A DNA stretch of 64,000 bases from Macrostomum lignano. Its lineage: Eukaryota. Position 1 is the stretch's first letter. Each line of letters opens with the position of its first letter. The notes under the pieces are model-generated. The model was not told the origin of the DNA. It was given only the letters and a program-made list of their open reading frames with translations, and ran no database searches. The DNA lies in assembly GCA_002269645.1 (NCBI GenBank), contig NIVC01000265.1, forward strand, positions 13,441 through 77,440. Direction: 5' to 3'. The position numbers were made by a program, and so were the translations under genes. Of the stretch, positions 13,077-25,088 are shown piece by piece.

Positions 13077-14862
13077 CTAGCGATTATCTTGAATTTGACG
13101 CCGAACCACTTCGCTAGGCGGAGTGTCCCACAGAGCCGAGCTACCGCGGCGACTCAGCCAGCACCGCCTCCTCCTCCGGCTATGGCCATCATCATCATTA
13201 TTATTAATAGAATCCTCATCATTAACGTCATCTGTTGAATCGCTTTTTGTCGCAACATCTTCGAATGCTCGGAACAGGCTGTCGGCCAGTTTGCTTCCGG
13301 CATCCACTGGGCGGAACACGTGCCACCAGCGAAGGCCTTCGACAGCCTGGCGAGAGAACATCCAGTGCAGATTGTCCTCGGTCACCCAGTCGGCCAGAGC
13401 ATCGTCCGCGAATTCTGGCCGGCTGAAATCCGGCTCGTCCTTTTCGTCTTCATAGTCTGATAAATCTTCATCGGGCTCTGCTTCAGGTGGCTTGGCGTCT
13501 TCTGCTTTTGAGGCTTGGTCTTCGATCTGTTGCTGCTGCTGCTGCTGCAACTGGCTGGGATGATGATTCTCGTCCTGCTCAAACTCAATTGTGACGTCGC
13601 TGATTGACAGGTCGAGTTGGGGAGGCAGCGGCGTCGGTGGCGGCGGAGGCTGAGACTCCGGCTGCAGCTGATTGGAGCTCTGCAGGGCCTGCGGAGGTTT
13701 TTCGGGGCAGATAGAATTGGTAGATTGATATCTAGCAGGGCAGATAGATTTGGTAGATTGATATCTAGCGGGGCAGATAGATTTGGTAGATTGATATCTA
13801 GCGGGGCAGATAGATTTGGTAGATTGATATATAGCAGAGCAGATAGATTTGGTAGATTGATATCTAGCGGGGCAGATAGATTTGGTAGATTGATATCTAG
13901 CAGGGCAGATAGATTTGGTAGATTGATATCTAGCAGGGCAGATAGATTTGGTAGATTGATATCTAGCGGGGCAGATAGATTTGGTAGATTGATATCTAGC
14001 AGGGCAGATAGATTTGGTAGATTGATATCTAGCAGGGCAGATAGATTTGGTAGATTGATATCTAGCGGGGCAGATAGATTTGGTAGATTGATATCTAGCA
14101 GGGCAGATAGATTTGGTAGATTGATATCTAGCGGGGCAGATAGATTTGGTAGATTGATATATAGCAGGGCAGATAGATTTGGTAGATTGATATCTAGCGG
14201 GGCAGATAGATTTGGTAGATTGAAATCTAGCAGGGCAGATAGATTTGGTAGATTGATATATAGCAGGGCAGATAGATTTTGTAGATTTATATCTAGCAGG
14301 GCAGATATATTTGGTAGATTGATATCTAGCAGGGCAGATAGATTTAGTAAATTGATATCTAGCAGGGCAGATAGATGATGAAACGAAAGTCAGGGAATTG
14401 GTATATTCTTACCAAGCTTCCACAACTATCAAGCAGCGGCTTGCGCAGTTCAACAATCTGCTCCAATTTCTGCATCTGCTGCGGCGATGCAGCACTAAAA
14501 ACAGCCTTGACAGCGGTGGACTGCTCGCAGCAGACCTGTCGATGCTTTGCTGTCCGCGGAGTTTTCAAATTAATTTTCTTTGTCTGAGTTTGAGGCGGCT
14601 GGACAGCATGGGCTGCGGCAGCGCCAGACTTCAGTCGCTGCAGCCGCTCGCGCTGCAGTCGCTGCGCCGTCTCAAGCACGCGTCTTCTGCGCGCCTCAGC
14701 CTGAGCCGCTTTCTCAGCTCTTAACCGGTTTGCCTCGTCGCGTTGGCGTTGAAGACGCTCGGCGTCGGCGGCCAGTTTGGCTTCCAGCTGTTGCTGACGA
14801 CGGCGCAACTGTTCAGCAGCATGACGCTGCCACTGCTGCTGCTGACGACGCATGAAATTCAT
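13077..14862 (-). CDS. Uncharacterised coiled-coil/acidic protein, about 353 aa; exons 14862-14413 and 13688-13077
   Basis: Donor TTG|gtaaga and acceptor cctccgcag|GCC (phase 0) join ORF 14359-14862 to an upstream extension of ORF 13077-13550. No family recognised. Confidence 0.7.
13705..14372. repeat. 33-bp minisatellite filling the coiled-coil gene intron
   Basis: Unit gggcagatagatttggtagattgatatctagca, about 20 copies. Confidence 0.96.
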
Positions 14863-15435
14863 TTGAAAAAAAAACTATTAGAATGCTTTTAACTAAAATA
14901 ATGGTAAAATGTCTTACTTTCTACTGATCCAATTGAGCAGGCTATAGAGAATATGAAATCTATTTAAATTTATTATTTTAAATGTTCGCACAAAAAATGA
15001 TGCTAAAATGTTCTACTTTCTACTATCAAGATTGAGTAGTAGGCTACTGAGGACATGGAATTTATTTAGGCTTCAATTTTAATTTCCATGAAAATGGTGT
15101 AACATAGTTTGCTTCTATGATAACTCAAGGGTTGTAGAGTCGAAGTTGAGGCATGCCAGAGTCGACGTAGAGTCACTGACTTGATAACTGGCGTAAAGCG
15201 CATCTGCGTCACTTTATGAATTAGAACCGCCATTTCGAATCTACTTCGAATTTAGTTTTGCTAAAAAATAGCATGAAATAAACTGCTAACAGTAATAAAG
15301 TAGTCGATAAACACGCATACACTGATTTATTTGCAAGATAAATAAATAAACAAATAAATACATGTAAACACAATGAACTGACCGACACCATAAGCTGAAA
15401 AGACAAATGTGGATAAAAGCAACTCAGACTCAAAC

Positions 15436-17118
15436 TCAATCAGTTTTAGTAACTTTTGAGAGGCCTTTACCGGCGCACAGGCACACTGCAATGATGCAAG
15501 CCATCAGCACAAACAGGCCGGCGCAGATGGCAATGTAAACTGGCGATACGCCAACTCCATTGAAGGACAACAGGAATGCGACCACAGCGTCAACAGCGTG
15601 ATCGAATGGCGTGGGAGCCGCCGGCACAGGGAATTTCTTGGCATCTGAGTAGCCATGCCTGGCAAATGCCAGCACAAGTCTCCAGCTGTGCAGCTGGTGC
15701 GGCAGCTTATAGAAGGCCCCGGACCGGAACAGCAGCAGACTGTTGGGCTTGGCAATGCCGAATCGAGCAGCCGTGGCATGGGAGGCTTCGGTCAGCAGCA
15801 CTCGAGCTGCGCTGACGTGCAGCGGGCGAAGCGACTGGGCCAAGCCGGTGAGGATGCGGGTTTTTGATGACAGCTGCGCATCTTTGGGATCCAGGAATGC
15901 GACAAGCCAGTGGCCTGTGGTGCTGCCTGGGTGGAGTGGGGGAGATCTTCATTCAATCTGACTTTCTAATCTGACTTCTCAGATCCTCAGTTGCTGGGCC
16001 AGCCTCCCAGATCCTCAGTTGCTGGGCCAGCCTCCTAAGATCCTCAGTTGCTGGGCCAGCCTCCCAGATCCTCAGTTGCTAGGCCAGCCTCCTAAGATCC
16101 TCAGTTGCTGGGCCAGCCTCCTAAGATCCTCAGTTGCTGGGCCAGTCTTCTATGATCCTAAGTTGCCAGGCTATCAAAAGATCCTCAGTTGCTAGGCCCC
16201 CAGACTCCCAGTTGCTGAGCCACAGCCTCCCAGAGTGTCAGTTGCTGGGCCAGCCTATCAGATCCTCAGTTGCTGTGCCAGCCTCCAGATCCTCAGTTGC
16301 TGGGCCAGCCTCCCAGATCCTCAGTTGCTGGGCCAGCCTCCCAGATCCCCAGTTGCTGGGCCAGTCTATCAGATCCTCAGTTGCTGGGCCAGCCTCCCAG
16401 ATCCTCAGTTGCTGGGCCAGTCTATCAGATCCTCAGTTGCTGGGTCAGCCTATCAGATCCTCAGTTGCTGGGCCAGCCTCCCAGATCCACAGTTGCTGGA
16501 TCAGCCTCCCAGATCCCCAGTTGCTAGGCCAACCACCACACCACTCAAATGTAACAAATTATCTGAAGAACAATTTTAAAAGGGAATAGGTAACTTCGCA
16601 TAGATATTAATGGTTATCTACTCACCTGTGGCAGCCTGGGTTAAGCCTTCAAAATTGCCATCATCCAAGTCCTGAACAACAGCCGGTTGCTCGGTCAACC
16701 TGGCCAGCAGCTTGTCTCCAGTGAGCTCAGTCTCAGCAAACAGCAACGGTTGCCAGTCAGTCTGGCCCAGGAGCAGCAGATAAGCAACTGGCAGCTGGGC
16801 TGTCAGCTGAGGCGCCAAAGGATCTGCCTCGCCAGCTGACAGCAACCGGTAGCGACATTCAATTGACTGACCAGACATTTGAATGGCGTGACTCACTGCA
16901 GTTGAGACAGTGGCTAATTGTTTGTCAGCATTGGAATCTGAATGCTGGATGTGAGCTAGCAGCACATGCGCATCATTGTTGGCTGATGGCTTTGTGGCGG
17001 CAGTTGCTTCTACCTTCTGGCACAAGTGCAGCTTCTTATTTGAGTCACTATTGCCAGTGATGAGTGTTGGTATGAACAATAGCAATATGATCAGGAATGC
17101 AATGCAGGTGATTTTCAT
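15436..17118 (-). CDS. Thioredoxin-fold type I membrane protein lacking CxxC, about 327 aa; exons 17118-16626 and 15926-15436
   Basis: Signal peptide MKITCIAFLIILLLF. The phase 1 splice gives DLDDGNFEGLTQAATGSTTGHWLVAFLDPKD, resembling the invertebrate TXNDC-type motif NFEHLTQASTGATTGDWxVxFY. C-terminal TM helix and short Lys-rich tail. Confidence 0.78.
15975..16530. repeat. 28-bp minisatellite (gatcctcagttgctgggccagcctccca) in the thioredoxin-gene intron
   Basis: Same unit recurs at 34405-35060 and 35890-36155. Confidence 0.95.
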
Positions 17119-17221
17119 TGTTGAATTCTAAAATAAAGGATATGAAATTATTACATGTTAAAGCATTCCTTTTAAACAATTAGACCTATGCAAAAAAGTT
17201 TGCTAAAATATTTTTAAGAAT

Positions 17222-17267
17222 GTTAGGGTTAGGGTTAGGGTTAGGGTTAGGCTAGGGTTAGGGTTAG
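17222..17267 (+). repeat. Interstitial telomere-like (TTAGGG) x about 7
   Basis: gttagggttagggttagggttagggttaggctagggttagggttag. Confidence 0.9.
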
Positions 17268-17466
17268 AAGGTTGACAGATATTTTTAGATTTCCAAGGCT
17301 TATTGGGGGCATTGCTGAGATGTCAAGGGGGGGAGTTGATATGTTAAAGCTTGTGGTGGGGAATTACTGACATGTCAAGGCTTACAAGGTTTGACAGGAG
17401 ATTTTTTAAGATTTCAAGGATACATGTAGCTTATTAAAAAAACGTGTAGCGATTGCATTTCTTTGG

Positions 17467-17494
17467 CTCCCCAACGGGGGGCGTAGATTGCTAG
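17467..17494 (+). mobile_element. Helitron-like 3' terminus (hairpin plus CTAG|T)
   Basis: ctccccaacggggggcgtagattgctag|t, nearly identical to 30941-30967. Confidence 0.5.
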
Positions 17495-18384
17495 TTAGAA
17501 TTCTGTTATTGTTTCAAACTGGATACCAGTTAAATAAAGTCATGTTTTTTTAAATTGAAACGTGGTTAAATTTCAAATATCAGACATGCTATAATAAGTA
17601 GGATTCTTGAAATTTCAAGACTTCTACTATAAATTTTAATTTGCAAATATTTTGCAAAACATAGAGGCTTTATAGACTTCAACAAACTTTTGCAGCTCAC
17701 AAAGGCTTAGAACTATAAAAAAAGAATTTTAGATTAAATTTTTACAAATTATTTTAAAAACTTATAAAACTACATTCTGTACAATTTTTAAAAAAATTCT
17801 TAAATAAAAGTGTTTTTATCTTATTACTATCTCTATAAAATTTAAGCACTGACATTATACTTAATATTTTGTGGTAAACAAAATGATTGCATTATATTTT
17901 TTGCAAACAAAAGTGGCAGAAAAATTGGCAATAGACAAAATGACAGTCAACAACTCTGACATTAACATATATATAAAATTATAAATAATATATATGACTA
18001 TGACACAAACCTAGACAGATTTTTAATTTTTTAAATTTTTTAGTACTTTTTTACTTTCTAAAAGTTATTCTCCATCTAGCTGAATAGGAAGCAATCGCAT
18101 AGGTTGAGGTCTTGACTATATGCCATAGTCCAGATGAGGTAGCATGTCATAGTCCAGATCATGCTAGGTGCATGCCTGAACAAAAAATAAATAATTACAA
18201 ATGCATACAAAAAAAATTAAGTGCATAACCACATTTGCAAATCTATACTAATGTTGCAATAATAAATGATCTTTTTTATGTTGCAACAATAAATGACATT
18301 TATTGCATTGCATAAAGTACCCCTTTTGGCTTATAATTTGATTGATTATTTTGCTTTTTTGCTTATACTATTTACAAATACAAT

Positions 18385-20232
18385 CTACTTTGGTAACAGC
18401 CACTCTGGTAACTGCCACAGTGCCACTTCAGTAACAAAAAATGACAGCTTTGGTAACAGCCACTTTTATAACAGCCAGTTCAATAGCAAAGCAGATTTAC
18501 AATTGTCAACTTTATATCTTTATGGTAATTACCTCTTGCAACAATTAGATAATTAATTTTAATCTTGAATACTTAATTACCATGTATGGTTTAATTTTCT
18601 AGTTGAGCTATATTTTAATTTGTTTTAAATTTGCATGTTAACTTTATGAAACATTTGAAAGCAAAGAAAATTAAGCATTGAAATTGAAAATGAAGTAATT
18701 AATGAAGGATAAAAGTAGATTCTGTAGTTTTAAGTTGTTAACTTAGATAATCTAATGTGCATCATATTTGATCAATTACAAGATGTCACAGTAGGCTCAT
18801 TTCATATAAGATGAACATTTTTGGAAAATAGAAAAAAGTCAATATTTTTGCTTGCCATTGCCTTATCAGCCAATTTTTTTTACCAAATGTGTTTTATGTG
18901 TAATATCTACAATCTAAGAATAAATAAATGATAAAATGTTGGATTAGTATGTTATCAAGTGGCAAAAAGTCATTTTTGTAAAAATTTGGACATTTTTCTA
19001 AGCAAAAGACATCATTAAGTTTGTGTACCTTTTAAAAATAAATAGAAAGCTTTGGAAGGTTGAAACAAACTATAGATAAAAGTATAGTACTTGCATCATC
19101 AGATAAAAGTATTGGTGACCAAATAATCTATTATATTTTTAATATATTGGTACCTCAAAGTTACTGAATTGACAGAAAAAAATATGTTACGACCATAATG
19201 TTACGACCATAAGGCTGCCTTTTCTTTTGTATCTTTGTTGCCTTTTGAGTTTATATATTCTACAAAAAGAGTATGATTACTGAAGATGTTGTTAGTCAAA
19301 TTTTAAAAAATGTATTGCAAAATATCAAAAATAAAAAAATGTTATAAGACTTTTACCTTTTAGTTTCTATATGTCAAAAATCCTGTTGTTACAACCATAA
19401 GTGCCATTCAAGGTTTAATAGCATCTATACTAATGATGATATCTATATGAAACTCTATAAATATATTCTTGACAAAATTATCTTTCATTTAAATATTGGT
19501 TTAGTATATTCTATTATTATATTTCATTTTATAAGTAAAAATAGTCTGTCATGTTACGACCGTGCTTATATGGAATGAGCCAGTACATGTATCTAAGGTA
19601 TCCCAAAATTAAAATAGATTGATAAAAACACTTTTTTAAAAGATAAACATATGCAGATTTGCAGTTTATTTCATCAATCTAAATCTCTCAAAGTGTACGA
19701 GAATGTTTCTTAGGCCTAATTATTTTTGTTGTTCTTTTTAAAAAGTTCATTGGTGCATTCTTTTGGACCATATCAATTAACATACATTCCCAACACCTGT
19801 CCAACCTGTTTGAACTAGATAGGTGAAATGGCCACAAGCCAAGGTAAGTCACAAAATCAAAAACATGAAAAATGAAAAATTGGTAGAAGAAAGGAGAGGA
19901 AAAGAAAAGGAAAAGAAAGAAAAGAAAATAGAGAGAAAGGAAGAGAAGAGAGAAAGAAAAAGAGAAAAAAGAGAAAAAGGCAAGAAAAATTATATAGAGT
20001 GAAATTAAGTTGCAATCACGGGGAACTAAGTTGCAATCGAGAGGAACTAAGTCACAATTAGGAGAATCTAATTCACAAATCTAGACAAAAGTCAAAACCA
20101 AGTTGCACCAGATAGATGAAATTTTGAGGTTGGGCATATATGTCAATAATATGGCTATAGGCCCTATACATGTACTATTATTGTCATTTGTTACTAAAGT
20201 GGCTATTACCAAAATGGCTATTACCAAAGTAG
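18385..20232. mobile_element. Decayed non-autonomous TIR element, about 1.85 kb
   Basis: Left ctactttggtaacagccactctggtaactgccac versus reverse complement of the right end ctactttggtaatagccattttggtaatagccac. No transposase ORF; TSD unclear. Confidence 0.6.
18794..19581. mobile_element. MITE nested in the 18385-20232 element
   Basis: TIR ggctcatt(t/c)catataag at both ends, flanked on both sides by agta (candidate 4-bp TSD); internal tgttacgacc motifs. Confidence 0.65.
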
Positions 20233-21671
20233 TAATTTTTGCTACCAAAGCATAAAATTTACAACATAAAATCAATATAAGCAAGGCTTTGTTTAAATGC
20301 CTTACTAATAAGCTTTAAAAACTATAATGCTTGAAACTAACACTTAAAAATGAATGAACTTTCTTTATCTTTTTTTTATTTAATACTAACTTTTCTATCT
20401 GTTTTGTTATATAAAGTGCATGCTAGGTGTATATATATATTATTTTTTAAGAGTAATGAATGTCAACTATGCATGCCTACTTTTGATGTGCAAGCCAATG
20501 GCAATGCATATCTAAAATTTTGGGCATATTACTATATTAACTACATGATCCAAAATGTGGATTGCATACTAAAAAATGTAGGCCCTAGCCTGATTAGTGA
20601 TTTCATAAAAAATATTTTATATTGCATTAGCTAAATATAAAACAAAGTAATTACATTTAAAACAAAGTCATAATAAGCTTGAAGATTAAAGAAAGTAGAT
20701 GCTTAATTAGGATTTATATCAGGGGGAGGGGCAGATATAAATATATCTTTACATATGGCAATATCCAAGGGGGCAATATTTCCCTAGGCCTAACTAACTG
20801 TACAGCCACTGGCAAACTCGTCGTTTCGTCAACTAAGCCTGGTTCTCGAGTAAATTCACCAACTGTTACTGTTGAATGAAATTTCAAAATTAATTCGGTG
20901 GACGAGGACGAGTTCACCGTTTAAACGGACCCAATCCAATTGAACAGCATAATTTCAAAACAACTTCTATATTTCTGTTGACTAGACCCCTGCGTAAGAA
21001 CTCTCACACCGTAATGAAACACGGTTCCACACAGCAATTTAATGTATCAATAAAAGCTTATTATATCAAGTTATTATATTGTTAGTTCTTATTATATCCT
21101 CTATCCCATGAGTTGTTTCATGTTTGTGCACTCAAATGCTACAATGAAGCTGTGTTTAAACTTTTCTTCGAAAATGCCTGACACAACAAACTGTTTTGTA
21201 CTGCTGTATTTATTTTTAATTATATTAAAAAATAAAATAAAAATTTAAGCAAAAACTTTACAAAACATGAGTTATTTAAACATTCATGCATTTTTAAGGC
21301 CTTTTTGCTTAAATTATCAAATGGTTTCATGGAAGAACTTATTTCAGAAACCAGGCAGAATCAGGCAGGTCTAGGCAGGGAGCGGGACCTCAGTAGCGAG
21401 CATCCCTCGTCTGTTCTTTTTGTGTTCATAGTATTTTTTCTATTGCTTCATACAATCTCTCTCATAGCATTAAAAAATTATATTATTTAAAATATTCAGC
21501 AAATGTCAACTTTCTTCTTATAAAAGAGTTCCTAGACGGTCTTGACCTAGTCTGCTCCTGGACACTTCGTCATCTAACCACTTCGTCATCTTGATAACAA
21601 AGTGACCATGGTTTTTGGACTCTTCGTCATATCAAAAAATTGTTAGTAAATCTAGATGACGAAGTGACCAA

Positions 21672-22115
21672 ATTTTGAGGACACTTCGTCATCCCAAGAT
21701 TTAGCAAGGCTGTAAATTGTTACTCGATTGTTATTGTTATAAATTGTTACTCAATTAATTTAGTCTGTAAAATATAGGATTAAAATACACACTTAGAGAT
21801 TCAACTTGTCGCTATAATTGGCATCCAATGTACACAATGTATACACAGTTTGCATATGCATGCTTTAATGTACAAGTAGTGCTCTTGAGCACTTGAGATC
21901 TTGAGCACTACTTGTACATTAAAGCATGCATATGCAAACTGTGTATACATTGTGTACATTGGATGCCAATTATAGCGACAAGTTGAATCTCTAAGTGTGT
22001 ATTTTAATCCTATATTTTACAGACTAAATTAATTGAGTAACAATTTATAACAATAACAATCGAGTAACAATTTACAGCCTTGCTAAATCTTGGGATGACG
22101 AAGTGTCCTCAAAAT
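21672..22115. repeat. Perfect inverted repeat, 213-bp arms (21672-21884 and 21903-22115), 18-bp spacer
   Basis: Arms read as exact reverse complements by eye; the coordinate sums of both ends match (43787). Confidence 0.95.
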
Positions 22116-22119
22116 ACAT

Positions 22120-22275
22120 GCGCAACCTTGGGAATCACCCGGCCGTTTCTATTGGCAACACACACATGTAAGTCGCTATTGGCTGAGAGCAGTCACGTGA
22201 CTACTATTCTGTCCAATAGCGACTTACGTGTGTGTGTTGCCAATAGAAACGGCCGGGTGAATCCCTAGGTTGCGC
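22120..22275. promoter_or_regulatory. Second palindrome, 63-bp arms and 30-bp spacer, with four symmetric CCAAT/ATTGG boxes around GTCACGTGAC
   Basis: Arms 22120-22182 and 22213-22275 differ at 3 positions; E-box/CLEAR-like motif in the spacer. The promoter role is inferred. Confidence 0.5.
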
Positions 22276-23214
22276 CCAAGCATGGTGCTCATTGTAATTT
22301 TAGGCATAGTGCAGTTTCGTTTGTGAAATTATTTTTCGTTTAAATTTGAAAGTTCCAAACCAGAAAACAATAACAACAATAAAAATTGATGTTTTAAACC
22401 ATTCTAACAATTGTGGCAGAGACCGTGGCAGCCATCAGGTCGCGCATTTAGCGCATTAAGAAACTGCACTATTGCCTAATTTTATTCTATGTTTAAACTT
22501 GCCAAGCTCTAATAATTATTTTTGCTTCTTTGCTTAATGCCTTAAGCATAAAATTGGCATTATCACTTCTACAACCCAGGGAAGGCAACAAAGTATGTGG
22601 CCATGGATTTCTCCTTGCTCTACTTGCAGGGACTTAACCAACCCTTGAATCACAACCTTATAGTACAATCTAAGCTAGAGTGATGTTACTTAATGCAATG
22701 GATTTCTCCTTGTTCTACCTGCAGGGAATTAACCAACCTTTCACACACATATAGTCTAAGCTAGACTGTCTATAAGTGCAACATGCCAATTCTCCAACCA
22801 ACTAACCTAACCACAATGGTAGATCCAAGAGGGATGCAAGTGCAAAGATGGTCACTTAACCCCTCAAGACTGAAGTGGCCAGCATACTCTAACCCAGAAT
22901 TTTATTATAAATATGGTGTATGAAATCACATATAAGAAGCAAATACATTTAAGAAACAGCTAGTTTATAAGTGAAAATAGTAGACATCTTACATTTTTGC
23001 CAAGAGCCAATTAGCAAAAAACAGCAAGCGCTTCAAAGTTAAGATTTTTTTGTTTTAATTCTAATGCTTCTGCCATTAACAGAAGTTAAGATTTTCATTA
23101 ATGGTGCCTAACACTGGAAGCAGATTAAAGAGATTTTAACTGTCTTTTTTCCAAGCAATTTTGAATCTTTTGGCAAATACACGATCAAAATCGGTAAAGA
23201 AAATTTGTGAGCTC

Positions 23215-23278
23215 TAGAGTGTTATGGACATACAAACAAACAAACAAACAAATATTAGAGATTTAGATAGATTTAGAA
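23215..23278 (-). mobile_element. Possible 5' end of a non-autonomous Helitron-like element
   Basis: Minus strand reads tctatctaaatctctaatat(ttgt)n atgtcc...accgattttgat, a layout like short Helitron derivatives; 3' end not found. Confidence 0.35.
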
Positions 23279-24657
23279 AAAAAGGATTGAATTAATTTTG
23301 CAATTTTTATGTATAGGTCTTAATGCTATTTTCTTTGTGCTTTGTGAACTTTTTGATCTTTGTGCCTATATGTAGCTACAAATCACAATATTTATTGACT
23401 ATCTTTATAGGTTGTGACTCCGCCATTGTCTGGTTCCAAGCCCAGAATATGAAAGGAAGAGGGCAGCTATATGTAGATATATATGCATGTATAATGTTTA
23501 ATCTTTATCTTTATATTGTTATATAGTTATATAGTTGCATATATGAGTATACATGTTACATATAACAAATTTTTCCATACAAAAAGTGGATAACAAAGTG
23601 TCCAGGGAGTAGATGACAAAGTTCCACATTAGTAATATGGATGACCAAGTGATAAGATAATGTAGTGTCTAACAATAAGAGTGGATAACAAAGTGGTAAG
23701 ATGACAAAGTGTCTAGGAACCACCTAGTCAAGTCATTTTGTCATCTGGGTGTCTGGGGTGCTCACCTTGACTATAGTCACTTGTCATCTTAATTAACATA
23801 CACTATCTAAAAAGAGTCATTTTGTCATCCACCAATCATATTAGTTCCAAATTCAAGTGATATAATGTGGCAATAAAACATATTTAAGCCTACTTGGAAT
23901 CCTATGATCCCAGTAATTTTGTAGCTAGTGATGAGATATTGTCATCTCAATTGATAAAACCTGTCGATCAATTAGTTCTACTTGCCACAGCTTATAGTTA
24001 TTAAAAAATAGTTTACACTAACTCGAATCACTCATAGATTGATTGGTAATGACAAAGTATCTAGCATAACTGAATATTCAGTCACTTTGTCATATTATTT
24101 TTCAAGCTACTTTGCTTCTGGTCACTTTGTTATCCGATATAACAAAATAGAATATGACAATCTGACCAGTGACTGCTAAAACAGGCCTACCGCCTAATTG
24201 CTATAACTTTGGGCTATCTTTCAATTTTCTGCGTTAAATTTTTATGGGATGTGAGCATAACAAAAAATGAAAAATACAATATAGGAAGCTAGTCAATTGG
24301 TCATTCAATCAATCCACTACAGTGTAGATAGTAAGGGCTAATTTAGTTTATAGTACCTTATTTCCGTAGGAGGTAAAATTGTAGTTGGTGCTGGTCTTCT
24401 AGCTAGCCATGGTAGTAACGCTAGAATGCATAATGCATGTTAAAATAATTTAATGTGGGAAACCAAAAGAATGCCTAACTTTGTTTAGTTGCATCCAGTT
24501 AAGAATTAGGCCTAAGCCTTAGTAGTTAGGCTTTGTAGACCCTTGCCATTTAGGTTAGCAACTTCAGTCAGATTTTAAAGGCATTTTTAGTGTTTTTTCA
24601 ATTCTATTTACCAAAACTCATTTCATTTGCCACCTTTGCCTAAAAAAGGAACCTTAG

Positions 24658-25088
24658 GGCCTATAGAGGTCAGATGGGATCCTTATCTTGATCTCAAAAT
24701 CTTGGGATCCCAAGGAAAATTGGATTCCCATGGGACTAGAATCCCAACCCTAAAAACATGAGAATTGAGAATAGGTCTTTTGATTAAAAATTTATAAAAC
24801 TAGTGATTACTTAAATGTATTTTGTTTTAACTTGTACTCATTACATTATTACTTTGTTAGTTACAAAACTTTGCATTGATTTTGTTAAATGTTTTACTTT
24901 TTGATCTTGACATTTTTGCTTAATTTTGTTTACTTTTATATGAACCTACAAACTACAATACACTAAAAGACCTGATCTAAAAGACCTGACCTATCTGTCC
25001 TGACCTGACCTAAAAGACCTTAGAAAAAAATTATTCCCGATCCTAATCTCACCTGAAGATTTCAATCCCATTTGACCTCTAAAGGCCT
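24658..25088. mobile_element. Small decayed TIR element, about 430 bp
   Basis: ggcctatagaggtcagatgggat versus reverse complement ggcctttagaggtcaaatgggat. Confidence 0.5.

Larger units (their letters stand above)
21541..23732. mobile_element. Putative non-autonomous TIR element with subterminal cttcgtcatc/gatgacaaag motif arrays
   Basis: Left gctcctggacacttcgtcatctaaccacttcgtcatc versus right-end reverse complement gttcctagacactttgtcatcttaccactttgttatc. Related motifs continue past 23732, so the boundaries are uncertain. Confidence 0.45.

Noticed and set aside
13617-14378. 253-aa GADRFGRLISS repeat ORF
   Set aside because: Antisense translation of an intronic 33-bp array.
20714-20917. 67-aa ORF and gacgaaac hammerhead-like motif
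   Set aside because: No CUGAUGA core at the required distance; better explained as a possible non-coding exon.
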